Below are positions 10,126 through 21,299 of a DNA stretch of 64,000 nucleotides, piece by piece. The notes beneath the pieces were generated by a model. It had not been told where the DNA came from, did not search any database, and was given only the letters and a program-made list of their open reading frames with translations. The first letter of the stretch is position 1, and each line of letters begins with the position of its first letter. Position numbers and translations under genes: made by a program. This DNA is from Bugula neritina (Eukaryota; Animalia; Bryozoa): positions 1,054,001 through 1,118,000 of the forward strand of contig OZ037772.1 of NCBI GenBank assembly GCA_964035545.1, in the 5' to 3' direction.

Positions 10126-12055
10126 CAAGCATGGCCGCCCCACGGAAACCACTGGTCGACGCCGGCTATACGCTGGTCGACCGTGGCAAGTAGTGGCGGT
10201 AGACCTCGTCGGGCCTATGCCGTTATCCGCCAGAGGGAACACCTGGATACTGGTGCTCACGGACCACTTTACCCGGTGGGCAGATGCTCTGGCTATTCCA
10301 GACGCAACAGCCCCCACGGTGGCCCGGACCCTGGACCAACATGTGTTCTGTTACCTCGGTTTACCCGAGCAGATACATACGGACCAGGGTGCCCAGTTCC
10401 AGTCCCAGCTCATGGGAGACCTCTGCCGGATATGGGGGGTGAACCAGAGTCGGACCACCCCATATCACCCGCAAGGGAACGGAGTCGTCGAGCGGAACAA
10501 CAGGATGTTGGGTGACGCCCTCAGGAGCCTGCTCCTTGGTCGAGGTCAGGAAGAATGGGACGTGGTGCTGCCGCAAATCATGCGGGCTTACCGCAGCACA
10601 CCACACTCCGCCACGCAGGAGACCCCAAACTTCCTGATGCTAGGCCGAGAGACGCGGGTTCCGGAACACCTGACATACCATGTTCCTGCCCCCGAGTCAC
10701 CGGTACACGAATATGTGGAGGGTCTGATAGACATCATGGGCAAAGCTCATGATGCACTGCGTACCCAGCAGTGGCAGACCCGCACAGAGGACTCGGAAGA
10801 GCCCCCGTTGTACCAAGTGGGAGACTGGGTCTGGATGGTGAGCTACCGTAGGCGACGCGGACAGTCGGCTAAACTTCAGCCCAAGTTCGTCGGTCCCTAC
10901 TGTGTAGTGGAGGTGCTGCCCAACCACACATACCGTGTGGAGCGCTCTGGACAGGTCTCGGTCCAGAGCGAGCAGCGCCTGAAGCCTTACCATGCCAGCC
11001 CAGACGCAGTGGGTGAGGCTCCACCCCTCCTGGAGCCCCACCGCCAGCCCAACCGTCGAGGACGGGCCACCCAGCCCCGAGAGGTGGAAATTGTGGTTCC
11101 CAGAGAGTCGGACCAGGAGCAGGCCGCCTTGATAGAGCAGCTGGAGCGACAGCAGAGAGAAGAGCGGGAACAGGAACAGCGGCAAGCCCTAGGACCACCA
11201 CCCTCCCTGGGGGAGGACACCCCCACCCCCGTGTTGGGTGAAGGCGGGGACCCCCCTACTAGGGTAGCACAGGAGCCACCAACACCACCGGTGCCTGTTC
11301 CAATTGAGAGGAGCCAGCGGTCAAGAAGACCCCCTAGGTATCTGGCAGACTATGCTGTAGGGCACCTGGAGTGGCCCCCTCATGAAGACAACCCACCCAG
11401 TACGGACGACCACCCCATCTTGGCTGGAAATTCCCTCCATCACCCCGGAGAATTCCACCAAGAAGAAGATTTCACACAGCTAGCACGTGAGTTACAGCTC
11501 AAGTTGAATTGTAATCCTGATACCCCTAAGTATAATTTAAACACTGTTATTCAGACACTAGCATCAGCTATGGGAGTTACCTCGCCAGATACCCAAACAG
11601 AGGAGCGTAAGGATACCGAGGAGGCCAGTCGATCCGACTCCCCTCCCCCACCAGCTCCTGTTTCGGCTCCCCGCAGCCAGCAGTACGACACCCCCTCTTC
11701 CGAGGTGTGTTCCGCCAGCGTTAGTGGCCCTGACCCCGAACCGGTTGAGCTCCAGCTCACAGCTGGGGAGGAGCAGGGCACTCTATACGGCGACCACCTC
11801 GCAGGCAGAGACGGAGAGGACCCTCCAATACTGGCAATGCCTCGGGCCCTGGTCGCCCGCCAGTATTGGATATCTGGAGCACCAGGCAACCAGATAGAAG
11901 AACAGACTCAGCCAACCCACCCACAATTGCCCCGTCACGGGCAGAGTATGGCACTTCCTTACCGAGAGTGCGTCCTGGATAGCGCAATCGAGGCCTGGTC
12001 CCATATCCTCGATCCAAGTACAGAAGAGATAGAAAGCCTGGTGCACCACCTCTAA
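10070..12055 (+). CDS. Gypsy integrase (HH half of zinc finger missing) with long Pro/Glu-rich tail
   Basis: GMTRDVR..CEVC, VAVDL, IHTDQG, VERNNR (DDE core) and the GPY/F motif KLQPKFVGPY. It is in a different frame from RT/RH. Confidence 0.88.
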   Translation, partial: GMTRDVRLRVRQCEVCQASKHGRPTETTGRRRLYAGRPWQVVAVDLVGPMPLSARGNTWILVLTDHFTRWADALAIPDATAPTVARTLDQHVFCYLGLPEQIHTDQGAQFQSQLMGDLCRIWGVNQSRTTPYHPQGNGVVERNNRMLGDALRSLLLGRGQEEWDVVLPQIMRAYRSTPHSATQETPNFLMLGRETRVPEHLTYHVPAPESPVHEYVEGLIDIMGKAHDALRTQQWQTRTEDSEEPPLYQVGDWVWMVSYRRRRGQSAKLQPKFVGPYCVVEVLPNHTYRVERSGQVSVQSEQRLKPYHASPDAVGEAPPLLEPHRQPNRRGRATQPREVEIVVPRESDQEQAALIEQLERQQREEREQEQRQALGPPPSLGEDTPTPVLGEGGDPPTRVAQEPPTPPVPVPIERSQRSRRPPRYLADYAVGHLEWPPHEDNPPSTDDHPILAGNSLHHPGEFHQEEDFTQLARELQLKLNCNPDTPKYNLNTVIQTLASAMGVTSPDTQTEERKDTEEASRSDSPPPPAPVSAPRSQQYDTPSSEVCSASVSGPDPEPVELQLTAGEEQGTLYGDHLAGRDGEDPPILAMPRALVARQYWISGAPGNQIEEQTQPTHPQLPRHGQSMALPYRECVLDSAIEAWSHILDPSTEEIESLVHHL

Positions 12056-12234
12056 TGATAAAACCGGACAACCAGGGGCCGCTGGCAATAGCCAACTGAG
12101 CTGTAAATGTTCTCGGGTTACGTGTGATTAATCATAATACTTTCCTGTTAACCGCATATTTTTCTACGTTTGTGTTTCGTTTTTTTTTTGTGTGGAATCA
12201 TTGTTTTGTTATCGAAAAGGGGATGCTTTTCGAT

Positions 12235-12244
12235 GGGGGGAGAA
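12235..12244 (+). promoter_or_regulatory. Polypurine tract
   Basis: GGGGGGAGAA directly abuts the 3' LTR. Confidence 0.85.
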
Positions 12245-12811
12245 TGTGATAGATTCTCATCCTCTACTGTTTTCAAGTAACTGCGTGTGTCAGTATTATA
12301 ATTACTGTTGCGTATATTTTGAATGCTGTAATTGTAGCTAAGTTGCACTAACTTTCTAATGCCTTATTATTGTGATTAAGCTTTCAGTATAATGTAATTT
12401 TCATTAAATACGCATTTCCAGAGTTATTTTCCCTTTTTGCTATTTCATCGTTTTGCATTAATACTGATACTGGAAATTTGTGTAGCTTTTATGAATGCCT
12501 TCAATAGGTTGTTATTATAGCTAAATTCTTGGCCTATTGAATTATTCATTCTCCTTTGTCTATTTTTCTTTTGTTACTGTCAAGCTTAACTTTCTTTTGT
12601 CTGTTGGAACATTCTAGATGTGAATTCTTGTGTATAAAAGCAGGCGAGTTTCCAGTGTAGATTCAGACTACTACTGGAGCTCGCTGGTAGTAGGACCACA
12701 TGAGCTGTATCTGATACAATAAAGGTTATCCTCATTTGTACTCAAATACTTGGCTTATTCTTTCTAGAGCATGTAGGCACTAGTTGCATTCAGAACCCAC
12801 AGTTTACTACA
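12245..12811 (+). repeat. 3' LTR
   Basis: 567 bp; three substitutions seen relative to the 5' LTR. Confidence 0.95.
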
Positions 12812-12815
12812 CTAT

Positions 12816-14467
12816 TACTATTAGTATTACTTACAACTTGCTTATGCAAGAGAATTAAATCTTTAAAGCGTAGCATCCTTTTCAAGCAAAATAAGGATAA
12901 TAAGTTTCGTCAAATTGAGTTAAAAACTACAACTAATAAGTCACAAGTATAAAGCAACTTATGCTCAGTCATCACTAATCCTAGTGGGTACGGCAAGCAT
13001 AATATAGCATAATTTATTTCACAATGCGACAAGATTATCTAGACGGTGCGCTTACGCCTCTCAATATCCAATTGTACGGTTCTCATGACTTTATAATCCG
13101 TTTTTGAGAAGCAAGGCTAGATAGAAGTTAATGATCGATATTGACTCGCTAAGAGTTTTCATGTAAACCCGCAAACTACAACTTTTAACTTGACCGCAAA
13201 GCTGGAAGTACGATAAGCGTCGCCGTATTGTTTTCAAGCGAATTTTAGTTGACTTCTTTCAAACTGCTGAGGAGTAATATTTGCTTCCATTTTATGTCTG
13301 TATCAGCCATCAGGGCTATCGCGATACAATTGTAAATGTTCTTAATTCAATCAATATTATAAAATAAATAATGTAGGAAATTCAATTTTGACTATGTAGA
13401 ATAATCTCAATCTGAATAAGTATTATTTATTTATTGTAACACTTGCACTTCGTCTTACTCTTAGTCTTACTGTTACTCTTAGTCAGATAACATAGTACAT
13501 ACTCATACTGATACTCAATCCCATACTCAATCTCATACTGAGTCTGATACTCATAGTCATAGTGATAGTCTTTGCCAGATTATTGCTAGATGATTTAAGC
13601 TAGTACTAGTACTACTACTAGTAGTACTAGTACTAGTAGTACTACTACTAGTACTAATATTAATAATCACAGTACTAACTTTACTAACTACTAATAGTAA
13701 TACTAATAGTATTAGAGTAATACTAATACTAATAGTAATACTACCACTAGTAGTAGCAGTAGTGCTAGTAGTAGTAGGCTACATGATGATGATCATTATG
13801 ATTATGATTATGAAGATGGTTATTACTATAACTATTACGGTATGAGTATAACTATAACTGTATTAGTATTTGATTTTATTTTGCATTGCTAATTGAAGAC
13901 CATGCGTTAAAATTAACTGTTTCTCTCTTTTCTAAGTTACATTTCAAGTTGCACACTAATAGACATATATGCTTTCAATTTTTTTGGTCTATCTTCAAGT
14001 TGTGAAACTTGACCAGTATGACTACGACTAACTGTAACTAGAATAAAATATTGAATAATAGAGAAGTTCCATACCGTTACACCTCCTTTGACTTGTGCTA
14101 CCGTCGGTAGTGCTAAAAGAGTGGAGCCAAAGAAAAGCATAATCACAGAATTCACAGCCTGCTGGTTTGAGATTTTTGTGGTCTAGAGATTGTACTGGGT
14201 TACAGAGATCTTTTTCCGTCTGTGAATTTTTGATCCCTGCGGTTGTTTCTGACTGTGGGTAGTTGGAGGTGTTGAGGGAGTGGGCTCACTGGGTAGGCTA
14301 TATTATTGTAATCATTTTAACCAACTTAACAGTTTACTAATTCATTGTCTAACTCTGTCTGTCTTAGTCTAGTAACACTGTTTATTTATTTATTTACTTA
14401 TTAATTTATTTATTCGACTAAATCTTGTCTGTCTTTGTCTCGTAACACTATTTATTTATTTATTTAC
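12816..14467. repeat. ~1.6-kb duplicated block, copy A
   Basis: Colinear and highly similar to 53645-55281. The ORF pair 13937..14155 / 54740..54964 is nearly identical. Confidence 0.92.
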
Positions 14468-14487
14468 CTAATAATTTAATTAAATTA

Positions 14488-14618
14488 CTAGTTTATATTA
14501 CCAAGTTATATTACTAGTTTATATTACCAAGTTATATTACTAGTTTATGTTACCAAGTTATATTAATAGTTTATGTAACCAAGTTATATTACTAGTTTAT
14601 GTTACCAGTTTATGTTAC
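14488..14618. repeat. 26-bp minisatellite (TTACTAGTTTATATTACCAAGTTATA)
   Basis: About 5 tandem units. Confidence 0.85.
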
Positions 14619-15339
14619 CTGCGAGTGTGGTGCCTGTGTTGGGGTATGTGACCTTGACAGAGACTGTGGGAAGCTGCAGATCTGTTTGGAGAAAAGATGT
14701 TATCAGCAGGCCTCACAAGATGACAGAACAGTTGTCTGGGATCTTTATCACTCTGAACTAGTAGAATGTTCTTCAGGTATGAATACGAAATCGTTGACCT
14801 TTACTCCATTGGAGTTTAAAAGTGTTGCTTTTTGTTGTACTTATATCTGTGCTGGCCAGGATTTTTGAATGATTTTTGTTATGTATTTACATAACAGAGT
14901 GTAAAATTAAAGCTGAATTTGCTTTATTTTCTACATATTTTTGTTTGCGATTTTTCAGTAGAAACGAGGCATCACACTTGGTGTGATTATCAGCATTTTT
15001 TTGTAGAGATCAAATTTATCAAAAGAGTTTCATACACTTGTATTTATTTAGACTCGGACTGTGTTGGTGTGTGTGTGTGTGGGAGGACTTTGCTCAGACA
15101 CCTGCAAGTACGAGCTGTCATGCACACTTGGCAGGACGTGTCAAGGTTGCAGGTGCTTCTATTCGTGTACTGACAACACAGCCTGTCCTAGTGATGGACA
15201 GATCTGTCACCATGGTGTCTGTAAAGAGGGCTGTCAGGTGAGTAGTCGCTATGACTTACACTGCGAGTTATTGATGAATTTTATACTATGAGTTATGACT
15301 ACCTACTATAATTTATACTGCGAGGCCAAGTAGCTGCTG

Positions 15340-15490
15340 TAACTTATATTGTGAGTCATGACTAACTAATATCACTTATACTGTGAGTCATGAATAACTG
15401 ATATCACTTATACTGTGAGTCATGACTAACTGATATCACTTATACTGTGAGTCAATTATCAAAAATAGCAAAGAAGTAGAGATATACTGT
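15340..15490. repeat. 32-bp minisatellite block (ATCACTTATACTGTGAGTCATGACTAACTGAT), repeated with its flank at 16126-16275
   Basis: Tandem units plus the shared flank AATTATCAAAAATAGCAAAGAAGTAGAGAT. Confidence 0.85.
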
Positions 15491-16494
15491 GTATTAAATT
15501 TAGTAAAGTTGCTAAATTATGACTGGATGCTTTTCCTTGCATCACCAAAGGTTTTTACTGGGGCTTAAACCCATGGCTTTAAGTTTACTAAGCAAACACT
15601 CTAACCCCTAGATCACTGCTGCATTTGCTAATGATCACACTTTATGTATGATTGGTACCCAAATAGGACAGAGCAAAGATAACTAAAGCGAAGATAGAAT
15701 ATATTTTGACACTGCGGAAAAGAATTAAGCATAGGGCGTGTTATCTCATAAAGCCTTTCAACTCCAGGTACACGTGTAAGAATCAAAATCTCTGCCCCAT
15801 CAGCTTGCGAGAAGACGTGCAGTCTGTCAAGTGAGTGTACCCAGCACCAGACCTGTTCATCGGGCACCTGCAAGTCTACCATCAGCTCAGGATGTTTTCG
15901 GGACTCTGACTGCCAACTACCTGCTCTCTTCTGTCACCACATGTCTAAGAAGTGTGAGATAAAGATTCAGCTGGATCTAAATGTGGAGCTGCCTTCAGTC
16001 ACTTTGTGAGTTTAAATATTAGTAATGTCATGCAGGATGTGAGTGAAAAGAGATGGTCACGGTTGTTCCTCGGCCACAACAACCCATGTTACCACCATGA
16101 TAAAAGAACAGTTCTAGTTTAGAAATCACTTATACTGTGAGTCATGACTAACTGATATCACTGATAATGTGAGTCATGACTAACTGATATCACTTATACT
16201 GTGAGTCATGACTAACTGATATCACTTATACTGTGAGTCAATTATCAAAAATAGCAAAGAAGTAGAGATATGTTGTGTATGTGAGATATGTGAGGTTATT
16301 TAGTGACTAGTTCGCTATTTATAGAGTTTTGTTTCTGTTAATAGACTGTACTGAAGATGAACAATGTGGATCTGAGTTTACTGAATGCATATCCAACATA
16401 TGCTATCAGCTTTATCCTCTCAACAATCCAGATCTTTCTGATACTGAGCAGGACAGACTCTTTGATGATCGGCTGGATCTACAGAATGATGGTA

Positions 16495-17385
16495 AGTTAC
16501 TCTGTTAGTATAGTTTCTCTGTTAGTACAGTTACTCTGTTAGTACAGTTACTCTGTTAGTATAGTTACTCTGTTAGTACAGTTACTCTGTTAGTACAGTT
16601 ACTCTGTTAGTACAGTTACTCTGTTAGTACAGTTACTCTGTTAGTACAGTTACTCTGTTAGTATAGTTACTCTGTTAGTATAGTTACTCTGTTAGTACAG
16701 TTACTCTGTTAGTACAGTTACTCTGTTAGTATAGTTACTCTGTTAGTACAGTTACTCTGTTAGTACAATTACTCTGTTAGTATAGTTACTCTGTTAGTAT
16801 AGTTACTCTGTTAGTATAGTTACTCTGTTAGTACAGTTACTCTGTTAGTATAGTTACTCTGTTAGTATAGTTACTCTGTTAGTACAGTTACTCTGCTAGT
16901 ATAGTTACTCTGTTATTATAGTTACTCTGTTAGTACAGTTACTCTGTTAGTACAGTTACTCTGTTAGTATAGTTACTCTGTTAGTATAGTTACTCTGTTA
17001 GTACAGTTACTCTGTTAGTATAGTTACTTTGTTAGTAGAGTTACTCTGTTAGTATAGTTACTCTGTTAGTACAGTTACTCTGTTAGTATAGTTACTCTGT
17101 TAGTATAGTTACTCTGCTAATACAGTTACTCTGTTAGTATAGTTACTCTGTTAGTATAGTCACTCTGTTAGTACAGTTACTCTGTTAGTATAGTTACTCT
17201 GTTAGTACAGTTACTCTGTTAGTATAGTTACTCTGTTAGTATAGTTACTCTGCTAATACAGTTACTCTGTTAGTATAGTTACTCTGTTAGTATAGTCACT
17301 CTGTTAGTACAGTTACTCTGTTAGTACAGTTACTCTGTTAGTACAGTTACTCTGTTAGTATAGTTACTCTGTTAGTATAGTTACA
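16495..17385. repeat. 18-bp minisatellite (AGTTACTCTGTTAGTAY-type unit)
   Basis: About 50 tandem units, starting within the splice donor at 16492. Confidence 0.95.
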
Positions 17386-18589
17386 GTAACAGTTTGCTAG
17401 TCATAATAACTTTCACTGTTAGTTGCTTAACAAGTTATTCTACATCTCTTGTAGCCACAACCAAAGTGGTGTCTATATATCCTGCTAGTGACTTGAGTAA
17501 TGACTCATATGTCTCCTACAGTACGAGTGGTCAGCTTGCGGCAGTGTTGGAAGAGAGTGGAGACAACTTGGATCAGAGGTATAGGTATTGCTTAGTATAA
17601 GTTATACCATTACCATATATAAGCAGAATGACAGATGAACTGACTGACAGACTGACTGACTGACTGACTGACAAACTGACTGACTGACTGACTGGACAGA
17701 CAGATAAACAGATAGGTAAATATCGATCAGATATATAGTGAAGCTACCAACCGAGACCCAGACTGTGTTTTGATACTGGTATATGATATCTTTCTACAAT
17801 GTGTTTACAGTTCACTGTACAAAGTATAGTTCCATCAGATGGACTCGCTCTACTAATGTGTAAGACTCATCAAGAATGTCTACCCAATCAGATCTGTGTT
17901 AACGAGGTGTGCACACTGACGTGTAAAAGTGACTCTGAGTGTGCATCCAACCAGGTTAGATACTGCATACATGTCTCTATCATAGCAGGTATTTCACAAA
18001 CTATTCTGAAACCCATACTTTTATTGTTTAATGTCTATGTATTCTCCACCATATTTTTACTAGAAGTAAACTTTTTTTCAGTAATGAGTTTAAAATAAAT
18101 TATTGTTTCGCATTGTACAGTTTATTATTGCCTGAATCTTGTAATAAGAATATTGATAATATTAGAGCAGCTATGTGATTGGCTTAACATTATCAGAGCA
18201 GGGATTTGATTGGCTTAACAATATCAGTGCAGCGATGTGATTAGCTTTACAATATCAGAGTAGGGATGCTATTGGCTACTCTGTTCTGTTCTGCAGGGCT
18301 TCAGAAGAGAAGAGGGGAAACGGGATTGCCCTGTGCTGTAGGAGATGCTGGAAAACCCGGACCTCAATGTCCAATGGGAGAGAGCCGGTCGACTGGGCTC
18401 TAGAGATTCCTCGGACCAGTCGGTGCTCCTGGTTATCCTGACCTGCAAGAACCGAGGTTGGTGAATAGTATCTTTGTGGGGCTCACTGCTTGTGTGGAAG
18501 CCGTCTCCTCTGAATTATTTGGAAATATCGCTTGAGTTCCTTGCCCTGTATTATCAGTTAGCCACGTCTAGGTGGTTCACAGTTTATTA

Positions 18590-19089
18590 CAGGGTTGGGG
18601 TAATTGTAATTTGTAATTGTAATTTGTTGTATTTAATTACATTTTTTCAAGTAATTGAATGTAATTTGTAATTGATGTATAAACATGTAATTGTAATTAT
18701 TTACATATATAATGTAATTGATTTTTACAATTACATCTCAATTACTTCAAACTTTTAAATCTTAAGAAATTCATTCTTTTTTAACATGCCTACTGTTAAA
18801 TAACAAGTTTAGGTTAAGTCAATGTAGTATAGTATCAGTGTTGAGAATAAAGGAGGTTCTCCACTGTCAAAATTGCCCCTGCTAGGTGGACCCTAGAGGT
18901 GAAATTGCATAACTTCCATTTGTCCTTTGTGAGAACAAAAGTAATTGTAATTGTAATTAATTGCTTTACAATGTAATTTTGTAATGTAATTAATTACATT
19001 TATTTCAACTGTAATTATAATTGTAATTGACAAATTCTCATGTAATTGTAATTAATTGCATTCACATGTAATTGACCCCAACAACCCTG
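18590..19089. mobile_element. hAT-type MITE
   Basis: Terminal inverted repeats (TIRs) CAGGGTTG...CAACCCTG, subterminal GTAATT repeats, and a perfect 8-bp TSD GTTTATTA at 18582-18589 and 19090-19097. Confidence 0.9.
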
Positions 19090-19734
19090 GTTTATTATGG
19101 AGCTCATACTTTTATTGTTCAAGGTCTAGATGTATTCTCCACCATGTTTTTACTAGAAGTAAACTTTAATTCGGTAATAAGTTTAAAATAAATTGTTTTT
19201 TCATATTTTGCTGTTTATTATTGCCTGAGTATTGTAATGAGAATATTGGCTTTACAATACCAGTGAAGCGATGTGATTGGTTTGACAGTATCAGATTAGT
19301 GATGTGATTGGCTTGACAGTATCAGAGTAGTGATGTGATTGGCTACTCTGTTCTGTTCTGCAGGGCCATGCCTACTTGTATTACATGTTAATCCTGTTTT
19401 GCAGTGAACAGAAAGAGAGAATGGGTCCCAAAAGACACCCAGGATCTTACAGAACTGAGGGTGAGGAAGGGTTCACCCGATGTTGATGGCCTGCCTGGTA
19501 TATCCGGCAATCCTGGAGATGCAGGAGAAAGGAGACCACCTTGTTTCTCAGGAGATACCGGACTTTTTGGAGAACCAGGTGATGTTTACGCTCAATTGAG
19601 TTCAATCTGTCAAGTTATGTTGTGATCTTTTTCGTTTTCATTATTTTATGTTTGTTACGTGGAAAAAGGAAATAAAACTCTGTCTCGGAGCATTTTTGTT
19701 TTTTCAGAGGGCTTTGGATTATTTGATTATGGTC

Positions 19735-19992
19735 TACACAGGGGTGTAAACAGACTAAACTACACAGGGGTGTAGACAAACTAAGCAACACAGACGTGTA
19801 AACAGACTAAACTACACAGGGGTGTAGACAGACTAAACTACACAGGGGTAGACAGACAAAACTATACAGGGATGTAGACAGACTAAACTACATAGGGGTG
19901 TAGACAGACTAAACTACACAGGGGTGTAGACAGACTAAACTACACAGGGGTGTAGACAGACTAAACTACATAGGGGTGTAGACAGACAAAAC
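19735..19992. repeat. 26-bp minisatellite (ACTACACAGGGGTGTAGACAGACTAA); shorter paralogue at 63327-63450
   Basis: About 10 units here and about 4-5 in the paralogous intron. Confidence 0.9.
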
Positions 19993-20649
19993 TTACTACG
20001 GACTTATAACTAACTTGCGTCATGCCGTCTCCATTCTCTCCGTATAATTTGACCTTTATTTAGCTAGCTGATTTCTAGTGGGCTATTCTATAGTGACCAG
20101 TCACACTGTTTATTATAGCAACATAGAAATCAAGTTGAAAACTAGTTGCACCTGTTGTGATGCTATCAATGGGTGCTTACAGGTAGAGACGGAGTACCTG
20201 GACCTGTTCAGATCGGATATCAGGGTAAACAAGGAGATCAAGGTCATGCAGGTGAGAATGAGGAGTTACTCACCCTTGTTTGTGTATTTCTGTTCTTTTA
20301 GGTATTCTATAATAATATGCTGGGGTTGTCAGATTGATCTAGTGGAGTTACCTCCTCTTAAGTGAAAGATACTTTAATAGTATAATTTGCTCATCAATCT
20401 GACTGATTAAAGCTACTGCTGTCAAAAAAACAAGATTGTTGCAGTCTAAAAATTAATGCCAGCTATAAACTATACGCAGCAAATCTTTTAGCTTGGAGTA
20501 AATTGACCAATTTATGATAATCAATTTTAATTTTTTAGCTTTTATAGTATTGATGTTGATGAGTGTTGCTATAGATATATGTTGGTTTCCTGTATGGATG
20601 TTGATGAGTGTTGCTATAGTAACATGTTGGTTTCCTGTATGAATTGTAG

Positions 20650-21299
20650 TTTGAGTATGAGGCAGAGTTTTCCCAACTCAACTTCCTTCGAATTAACTCT
20701 GAGAGAGCAAAGCAAACCCTGACTCACAGGTAATAGTCACTGCTAGCAGCTTATCAGATAGTCACTAGTTGCTAGTCACCAGATACTAGTCCTCTACTAT
20801 GTTGCTAGGCACTTGATAATCTGAACAATCTCTGGCTTCTTATTAAGCTGAGCGAGTTGTTGGTATGACTATTCCTTTTGTCGATTGTAGATGTATAACC
20901 TCAGTGGCGGTAGAAGACGCATGTGGTGGGAAGAATAAATCAGTCATTTCATATACAGCTGGTGATAAAGAATACACAGTAACAGTCAGCAGGTTCCAAT
21001 CTTCAGTGCTGCAGGATGATTGCAAGGTATGTAAATCTGACCTGCATAGTGTAAATCTGACCTATATACTGTAAATCTGACCTATATACTGTAAATCTAA
21101 CCTTTATATAGTGTAAATAAGAGTTTTGAGTTTGCCGTCTGCCATTTTGTAGTATGCCAAATCATCAGAAGCTCAGACAGTGATTGAGATTGACACCAAG
21201 ACCGCCACCCACTTGCCTATTATCGACATTGCTCCTGGTGACGTTGGGACAACCCACAAAGAGTTTGGGGTTCAGCTTGGAGAAGTCTGCTTTTCATAG
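20650..21299 (+). pseudogene. Fibrillar collagen C-propeptide (COLFI), last three exons (20650-20729, 20891-21026, 21153-21299)
   Basis: In-phase, open translation FEYEAEFSQLNFLRINSERAKQTLTHRC...VLQDDCK|YAKSSEAQTVIEIDTKTATHLPIIDIAPGDVGTTHKEFGVQLGEVCFS*, with AATAAA at ~21460. The N-terminal half of COLFI is absent. Confidence 0.88.

Larger units (their letters stand above)
5850..12811 (+). mobile_element. Full-length Ty3/Gypsy LTR retrotransposon
   Basis: Two 567-bp TG...CA LTRs; 4-bp TSD CTAT at 5846-5849 and 12812-12815; PBS and PPT present; domain order gag-PR-RT-RH-IN. Confidence 0.97.
14609..17954 (+). pseudogene. Exons encoding Cys-rich repeats (C-x-x-D-x-D-C...C-x3-4-C): ~14609-14776, 15052-15237, 15768-16005, 16345-16491, 17455-17578, 17811-17954
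   Basis: AG/GT-bounded exons translate as CDLDRDCGKLQICLEKRC, CTDNTACPSDGQICHHGVC, CFRDSDCQLPALFC, CTEDEQCGSEFTECISNIC and CKTHQECLPNQICVNEVC. Most neighbouring intron phases do not match. Confidence 0.7.
18297..20251 (+). pseudogene. Degenerate collagen Gly-X-Y exons (18297-18456, 19405-19578, 20183-20251)
   Basis: GDAGKPGPQ, GPVGAPGYP, GSPDVDGLPGISGNPGDAGER and GRDGVPGP, with frameshifts, an in-frame stop and Gly substitutions. Confidence 0.85.

Noticed and set aside
6556-12095. Many antisense and alternative-frame ORFs inside the Gypsy element
   Set aside because: These are expected shadows of GC-rich coding DNA and have no recognisable motifs.
16495-17385. CRISPR-like appearance of the tandem arrays (also 27.6, 49.3 and 62.4 kb)
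   Set aside because: The units are head-to-tail with no unique spacers, there are no cas genes, and the context is eukaryotic.
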